This document shows positions 30,982 through 36,291 of a stretch of 36,291 nt of DNA, piece after piece; the stretch's first letter is position 1, and the number at the start of each line of letters is the position of its first letter. The notes below the pieces were generated by a model that searched no databases, was not told the origin of the DNA, and saw nothing but the letters and a program-made list of their open reading frames with translations. A program made the position numbers and the translations under genes. This stretch comes from Candidatus Omnitrophota bacterium. Its GTDB lineage: Bacteria; Omnitrophota; Gorgyraeia; Gygaellales; Profunditerraquicolaceae. The stretch spans positions 1 through 36,291 of the forward strand of contig JBDRMO010000002.1 of the NCBI GenBank assembly GCA_043812095.1, written 5' to 3'.

Positions 30982-31536
30982 ATGAGCGCAAAATTATCAG
31001 GAAGAAAAAAAGCTACTATCAAACCGACAAAATCAAAATCAGTTGCTGTAAAGAAACCTCTACAGAAACAAAAGCCGGATATTATCCGTTTAGTAGGAAT
31101 CCATACCTTAAGGCCTCCTAAAGGATCACATAAACGCAGAAAGTACCTTGGTAGAGGGCCAGGATCCGGACACGGAGAAACTTCTACCCGAGGTAGCAAA
31201 GGACAGACTTCACGCGCAGGAAGAGATTTTTACCTGGGTCTTGAAGGAGGTCAAACTCCGCTAATTAGACGAATACCAAAAAGAGGCTTTACAAGTAAAT
31301 TTAAAAAAGAATACCAGATATTAAATTTAGACGATTTAAATAAGTTAAAAGAACCCACTATCGGATTAAAGTTATTAGAAGAAAAAGGTTTAATCAAAGA
31401 TAGGGGGAAATTAGTGAAGATCTTAGGTAGAGGCGAAATTAAAAATCCGATTAAGATTCAGGCGCATGCTTTTTCAAGAAGAGCATCTGAAGCGATTAAG
31501 AGTGCCGGAGGAGAAACGAAAATTATCAATGCTTAG
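30982..31536 (+). CDS. rplO: 50S ribosomal protein L15 with an N-terminal basic extension of about 38 aa
   Basis: GRGPGSGHG..STRGSKGQ, EGGQTPL.RR.PKRGF, KILGRG. Confidence 0.96.
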   Translation: MSAKLSGRKKATIKPTKSKSVAVKKPLQKQKPDIIRLVGIHTLRPPKGSHKRRKYLGRGPGSGHGETSTRGSKGQTSRAGRDFYLGLEGGQTPLIRRIPKRGFTSKFKKEYQILNLDDLNKLKEPTIGLKLLEEKGLIKDRGKLVKILGRGEIKNPIKIQAHAFSRRASEAIKSAGGETKIINA

Positions 31537-32875
31537 CGCACTGGTTAATTCATTTAAAATACCGGATTTAAAAAGAAGGCTATTAATCACAGGGGCACTG
31601 ATTGCGGTATATCGCATCGGATGTTTTGTGCCTACACCGGGTATTGACGGTGCGGCACTGACTACCTTCTTCCAAAGGATAGCAAAGACTTCCGGCGGTA
31701 CGATCTTTGGTATGATTAATATGTTCTCCGGCGGCGCTATGGAGAAACTCACCATCTTTGCATTAGGGATTATGCCCTATATCTCATCTTCGATTATTAT
31801 GCAGCTGCTCACAGCGATCATCCCGGCTTTAGAAAAATTAGCAAAAGAAGGAAAAGCCGGCTACGAGAGAATAAATCAATTTACCCGTTACGGTACGGTG
31901 GGCCTGGCAATAGTCCAATCATTTTTCATTGCTTTATGGCTTGAAAATCCTGCCCGCTTTGAGGGATTGCGCATCGTGATGAGCCCCGGATGGGGGTTCA
32001 GGATAGTTACCGTTTTAACTCTTACTACCGGCACGATATTTATTATGTGGCTGGGCGAACAAATACAGGAAAGAGGCATCGGTAACGGAATCTCCCTAAT
32101 TATTACCGCAGGTATTATTTCCAGAATCCCAGCAGCTTTTCACCAGTTAGGAATATTGATATCCCCCTTTGATCCCTCGCGCAGACAGATTCAGCCTTTT
32201 ACATTAGTAATCATGGCTGCGTTATTAGCTGGCGTAGTTTTTGCGGTTATCCTTGTTACTCAAGGCCAGAGAAAGATACCGGTGCAATATGCACGCAGGA
32301 TCGTAGGAAGAAAGATCTATGGGGGACAATCAACCTATATACCTCTGAAAGTAGATACTGCCGGAGTAATCTCAATAATCTTCGCACAGTCAATTATATT
32401 GTTTCCGGCAACCCTGGCCTCTTTTATTCCTAATCCGGCTTTTCAGAGATTAGCACAGAGCTTGGTTAGAGGACAAGTTCTTTACACGTTTGTATTTGCG
32501 ATGCTGATCATCTTCTTCTGTTATTTCTATACTGCTATCGTCTTCAACCCAGTGGATCTATCGGAAAATATGAAAAAATACGGCGGTTTTATACCCGGCA
32601 TAAGGCCAGGGACTCCTACGGCTGAATTCCTGGATTACGTGATGACTAGAATCACATTGGCCGGTGCATTATTTATCGCTTTTATCGCCATATTCCCAGA
32701 TTTTATTATGGCCTGGCTTAAAGTACCCTATCTTGTAGCTTCGTTCTTCGGAGGAACGGGTATACTGATTATCGTAGGGGTTATGCTTGATACCTTAAAG
32801 CAGATCGAATCGCATCTTCTTATGCATCATTATGACGGTTTTATAAAAGGCGGACGTATGAAAGGGAGGAGATAG
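31529..32875 (+). CDS. secY: Preprotein translocase subunit SecY
   Basis: IFALGIMPYISSSII, GIGNGISLII, IPGIRPG, GGTGILIIVGV; start placed at ATG 31529 (MLSALVNSFKIPDL), not 31466. Confidence 0.97.
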   Translation: MLSALVNSFKIPDLKRRLLITGALIAVYRIGCFVPTPGIDGAALTTFFQRIAKTSGGTIFGMINMFSGGAMEKLTIFALGIMPYISSSIIMQLLTAIIPALEKLAKEGKAGYERINQFTRYGTVGLAIVQSFFIALWLENPARFEGLRIVMSPGWGFRIVTVLTLTTGTIFIMWLGEQIQERGIGNGISLIITAGIISRIPAAFHQLGILISPFDPSRRQIQPFTLVIMAALLAGVVFAVILVTQGQRKIPVQYARRIVGRKIYGGQSTYIPLKVDTAGVISIIFAQSIILFPATLASFIPNPAFQRLAQSLVRGQVLYTFVFAMLIIFFCYFYTAIVFNPVDLSENMKKYGGFIPGIRPGTPTAEFLDYVMTRITLAGALFIAFIAIFPDFIMAWLKVPYLVASFFGGTGILIIVGVMLDTLKQIESHLLMHHYDGFIKGGRMKGRR

Positions 32876-33540
32876 TGAAAATTATCTTATTAGGCCCTCC
32901 CGGTGCCGGTAAAGGAACGCAGGCGAAAAGACTGGCCCAGAAATTAAATATTCCCCACGTATCTACGGGTGACCTACTCAGAGAAAATGTGAAAAAAGGG
33001 ACTGATTTAGGAGGCAAGGCAAAAAGTTTTATGGAAAAAGGACTGCTGGTACCTGATAGCTTAGTTGCCGAAATGATGAATCAGAGATTGTCTCTGGATG
33101 ACGTAAAGAACGATTTTATTCTTGATGGCTATCCGAGAAACCTAAGCCAAGCCAGAACATTAGACCAGGTCATTAAGCAAAGGGAATCCGACGTGAATCT
33201 AGTAGTTTATTTAGATACAAGCGTACCTGTAATCATACAGCGTTTAACCGGACGTTTGGTCTGCAGTAAATGCGGGGCTAACTTTCATGCTACTAATATG
33301 CCGCCGGAAAAAGCAGGCATTTGTAACGGCTGCCAAGGAAAACTTTATCAAAGAGCTGACGACAAGGAAGAAACAGTAATGAAACGGCTCGATGTCTACG
33401 AACAAGAAACATCATCTTTGGTTAAATATTATGAAGATAAGAAGAAGCTCTATCATATCAGCGCTGATGAAGATGCTTTACTGGTGTTGAATAAGATAAT
33501 AGAACTTGTGCACAATTGCAATGATACCCTTAAAGTCTGA
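32875..33540 (+). CDS. adk: Adenylate kinase (zinc-binding LID)
   Basis: GPPGAGKGTQA, STGDLLR, LDGYPR, CSKC...CNGC; GTG start. Confidence 0.97.
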   Translation: MKIILLGPPGAGKGTQAKRLAQKLNIPHVSTGDLLRENVKKGTDLGGKAKSFMEKGLLVPDSLVAEMMNQRLSLDDVKNDFILDGYPRNLSQARTLDQVIKQRESDVNLVVYLDTSVPVIIQRLTGRLVCSKCGANFHATNMPPEKAGICNGCQGKLYQRADDKEETVMKRLDVYEQETSSLVKYYEDKKKLYHISADEDALLVLNKIIELVHNCNDTLKV

Positions 33541-34266
33541 GGAAGATTTAAAGATGTTAAGAGAAGCAGGAAAAATTTTAAATCGGATCATGAGGAAACT
33601 GGAACGGGTGGTAAAAAACGGAGTCTCTACCGAAGAGATTGATAAGCTTGCCGAAAAGTTAGTTTCCGAAGCGAATTGTCGTCCCGCCTTCAAAGGATAC
33701 CGCGGGTTTCCGGCTTCAATCTGCACTTCGATTAATGAAGAGATAGTTCATGGTATTCCCGGAAAAAAGAAGATTAAGCAAGGCGATATTCTTAGTCTTG
33801 ATCTAGGTATAAACTATAAAGGATACTTTGCGGATTCGGCGGTTACCATACCGGTCGGTCCGATAGATTCAAAACTAATGAAATTAATCGAAGTGACAAA
33901 AAAGGCTTTGGCAGAGGCATTAAACAAGCTAAAGTAGATAACCGGCTATCCGATATCTCTTGTACTATTCAAGATTACGTTGAAAATAGCGGATTTTCAG
34001 TAGTGCGCCAATTTGTCGGACATGGCATCGGACGTAACCTGCATGAGGAACCGGAGATCCCAAATTTCGGGCAGCCTCATCAAGGCCCAATATTAAAGCA
34101 TGGAATGGTATTTGCAATAGAGCCAATGGTCAATATAGGAACCTGGGAATCAGAAATTTTGGATAATGGCTGGACTGCCGTTACCAAAGATAGGCTGGCA
34201 TCTGCCCATTTTGAACATACAGTAGCAGTTACCGATAGCGGACCGGAAATTTTAACTAATAATTAA
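33521..34266 (+). pseudogene. map: Type I methionine aminopeptidase with an apparent 1-nt frameshift at about 33915 (probably a sequencing error)
   Basis: First part has SINEEIVHGIP and DLG..YKGYFADSA; the -1 frame continues GIKQAKVDNRLSDIS...FVGHGIG, HEEP, AIEPM, SAHFEHT. Confidence 0.9.
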
Positions 34267-34267
34267 T

Positions 34268-34486
34268 ATGGCAAAAGAAGAACTGATTGAAACTGAAGGT
34301 AAAATCATCGAAGCTCTGCCGAATGCGATGTTTAAAGTAGAACTTGAGAACGGACACATGGTATTAGCACATGTTTCCGGAAAGATGAGAATGCATTTTA
34401 TTAGAATATTACCGGGCGACAAAGTTAAACTGGAACTTTCACCTTACGATTTAAGCAAGGGGAGGATCACATACAGGTCTAAATAA
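34268..34486 (+). CDS. infA: Translation initiation factor IF-1
   Basis: [24 protein letters not shown]. Confidence 0.98.
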   Translation: MAKEELIETEGKIIEALPNAMFKVELENGHMVLAHVSGKMRMHFIRILPGDKVKLELSPYDLSKGRITYRSK

Positions 34487-34487
34487 T

Positions 34488-34601
34488 ATGAAAGTAAAAG
34501 CATCCGTAAGAAAAATTTGCGAAAGATGTAAAGTAATCAAAAGAAGGGGGATCGTCAGAGTAATCTGTACTAACCCTAAGCATAAACAAAGGCAAGGATA
34601 G
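34488..34601 (+). CDS. rpmJ: 50S ribosomal protein L36 (37 aa, zinc type; not in the ORF track)
   Basis: Translated by hand: [37 protein letters not shown]. Confidence 0.97.
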   Translation: MKVKASVRKICERCKVIKRRGIVRVICTNPKHKQRQG

Positions 34602-34611
34602 GAGAACAATA

Positions 34612-35034
34612 ATGCCCAGGATTTTAGGTGTTGATATCCCCAAGGAGAAAAAGATTGAGATTTCACTTACCTATTTATATGGAGTAGGAAGGTTTACCTC
34701 GAATCAGCTGCTTAAAGAAGCGGGAATAGATCCGAACCGTAAAGCTAAGGATTTATCGGAGGATGAGATCTCGCGTATAACCAACACTATCCAGAAAAGC
34801 GGAAAGAGATTTGAGGGTGATTTGCGCAGGGACATATCGCAGAATATTAAAAGATTAACCGATATTGGTTCATGGAGAGGTATGCGTCATAAAAAGGGGT
34901 TACCTGTCAGGGGACAACGTACGCGAACAAATGCAAGAACGCGTAAAGGTCCACGCCGCGGAGGTATGGCGATTATTAAGAAAGATACCTCTGGAAAAAA
35001 ATCAACACCCGCTCCCAAGGGAAAAGGAGGGTAG
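34612..35034 (+). CDS. rpsM: 30S ribosomal protein S13
   Basis: [31 protein letters not shown]. Confidence 0.98.
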   Translation: MPRILGVDIPKEKKIEISLTYLYGVGRFTSNQLLKEAGIDPNRKAKDLSEDEISRITNTIQKSGKRFEGDLRRDISQNIKRLTDIGSWRGMRHKKGLPVRGQRTRTNARTRKGPRRGGMAIIKKDTSGKKSTPAPKGKGG

Positions 35035-35040
35035 TAATTA

Positions 35041-35430
35041 ATGGCAACTAAAGATAAGGCAAAAAAGAAAAAAATAGCAAGAGGAGTAACTTCAGGAATA
35101 GTCCATATCCAGGCAAGTTTTAATAATACCGTAATCACAATTACTGACAAGCAGGGGAATGTTATGGTTTGGTCAACTCCCGGAGTTGTAGGTTATGGCG
35201 GTTCAAAGCGGTCTACTCCTTTTGCCGCGCAGGTAGCCGCCACCGATGCAGCCAGAAAAGCTAAGGAGATCGGGATAAAAGAAGTCGAAGTGCGGGTAAA
35301 AGGGCCTGGGTTCGGTAGGGAATCTGCAATTAGGGCGATACAAGCAGCAGGACTAACGGTTACCTCCATAAAGGATGTCACTCCTATGCCTCATAACGGA
35401 TGTCGTCCTAAGAAGAAAAGGAGAGTCTAA
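35041..35430 (+). CDS. rpsK: 30S ribosomal protein S11
   Basis: [28 protein letters not shown]. Confidence 0.98.
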   Translation: MATKDKAKKKKIARGVTSGIVHIQASFNNTVITITDKQGNVMVWSTPGVVGYGGSKRSTPFAAQVAATDAARKAKEIGIKEVEVRVKGPGFGRESAIRAIQAAGLTVTSIKDVTPMPHNGCRPKKKRRV

Positions 35431-35433
35431 TAG

Positions 35434-36072
35434 ATGGCAAGATACACAGGTGCGGTTTGTAGATTATGTAGGCGTGCGCAGGAGAAATTATTTTTAAAGG
35501 GCACAAGGTGTTTTATAGAAAAATGTGCGCTAGTCAAAAGAAATTATGCCCCTGGCCAACAAGGAAATAAAGGAGACAAAAGAAGAGTAAAGCTCTCTAA
35601 CTACGGCTTGCAGATGAGAGAAAAACAAAAAGTAAAGCGGATGTACGGCGTGATGGAGAAACAATTCCGCAGATACTTTTCAATCGCCGCTAAATCAAAG
35701 GGCGTTACGGGAAAAATTTTGCTGCAGCTCTTAGAAAGAAGACTGGATAACGTCATATTTAGGCTGGGGATAGCTTTGTCTCGTTCACAAGCAAGACAGA
35801 TAGTACGACACAACCAAGTCTATGTAAATTCAAAACGCGTTAATATTCCCTCATTTACCGTAGATAAAAACGATGTGATTACCGTTAAGGTAAAAGCTAA
35901 AGGACTGGAAAAAATAAGAGAAAATCTAGAGATTTCTAAAGATAGGACTTTAGCTGCATGGTTGAGCTTTGATAAGGAAGCACTCCAGGCATCAATATTA
36001 AGATTACCGGAAAAAGAAGATTTACAGCAGCTGATTCAAGAACAGTTAATCGTGGAGTTGTACTCCAAATAA
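35434..36072 (+). CDS. rpsD: 30S ribosomal protein S4
   Basis: [28 protein letters not shown]. Confidence 0.98.
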   Translation: MARYTGAVCRLCRRAQEKLFLKGTRCFIEKCALVKRNYAPGQQGNKGDKRRVKLSNYGLQMREKQKVKRMYGVMEKQFRRYFSIAAKSKGVTGKILLQLLERRLDNVIFRLGIALSRSQARQIVRHNQVYVNSKRVNIPSFTVDKNDVITVKVKAKGLEKIRENLEISKDRTLAAWLSFDKEALQASILRLPEKEDLQQLIQEQLIVELYSK

Positions 36073-36101
36073 TATATTCGAACGAAAGTAAGGAGCGAAA
36101 A

Positions 36102-36291
36102 ATGGGAATTAAATGGAGAGATTTTCAGTTACCTAAAAGGTTAGAGTGCGACGAATCTACTTACACTAATACATACGGAAGATTTTCTGCTGCTCCGTTT
36201 GAAAGAGGCTATGGAGTGACGTTAGGGAATTCCCTAAGAAGAGTACTCCTTTCATCTATCGAAGGCAGCGCAGTAACATCTATTAAGATAC
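36102..36291 (+). CDS. rpoA: DNA-directed RNA polymerase alpha subunit, 5' part (runs off the window)
   Basis: Translated by hand: [14 protein letters not shown]...[25 protein letters not shown]; SD AAGGAG. Confidence 0.96.
   Translation, partial: MGIKWRDFQLPKRLECDESTYTNTYGRFSAAPFERGYGVTLGNSLRRVLLSSIEGSAVTSIKI

Noticed and set aside
31466-31528. Longer SecY N-terminus given by the ORF track
   Set aside because: It overlaps rplO by about 70 nt; SecY-like sequence begins at ATG 31529
894-35813. Numerous minus-strand ORFs of 60-160 aa in the ORF track
   Set aside because: Almost all lie antisense to well-conserved + strand genes and show no recognisable motifs; they are shadow ORFs
1-36291. 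Alternative genetic code or selenocysteine recoding
   Set aside because: All three stops terminate genes at the expected positions, tRNA-Trp has a CCA anticodon, and the two broken genes involve frame changes rather than in-frame stops

Overview
Housekeeping region of a compact, AT-rich (roughly 40% GC by eye) bacterial genome, with every real gene on the + strand. Left block (1-7587): the 3' end of trpE, then rpsP, yajC, fused secDF, an unusually short mfd, a SurA-like chaperone, a frameshifted pdxA and rsmA/ksgA. After a sigma70-type promoter comes one uninterrupted, more than 28 kb translation/transcription supercluster: tRNA-Thr, rpmG, tRNA-Trp, secE, nusG, rplKAJL, rpoBC, rpsLG, fusA, tuf, then the S10, spc and alpha clusters up to the 5' end of rpoA. 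The RpoB RSQLSQF motif, the atypical EF-Tu switch I and the missing rpmD suggest the PVC superphylum, possibly Ca. Omnitrophota; this is an inference, not a database result. I found no mobile element, CRISPR array or clearly new multi-gene system. The best leads are: (i) a 640-aa minimal Mfd that keeps the UvrA-binding, RNAP-binding and motor domains but lacks the auto-inhibitory ones; (ii) a three-palindrome element between rpmG and tRNA-Trp; (iii) L30 missing from the spc cluster alongside an N-terminally extended L15; (iv) a rewired EF-Tu switch I; (v) frameshifts in pdxA (at a 7-mer repeat) and map (next to A_AAA_AAG). The frameshifts and a cluster of odd substitutions in rpoC may be sequencing or assembly errors.
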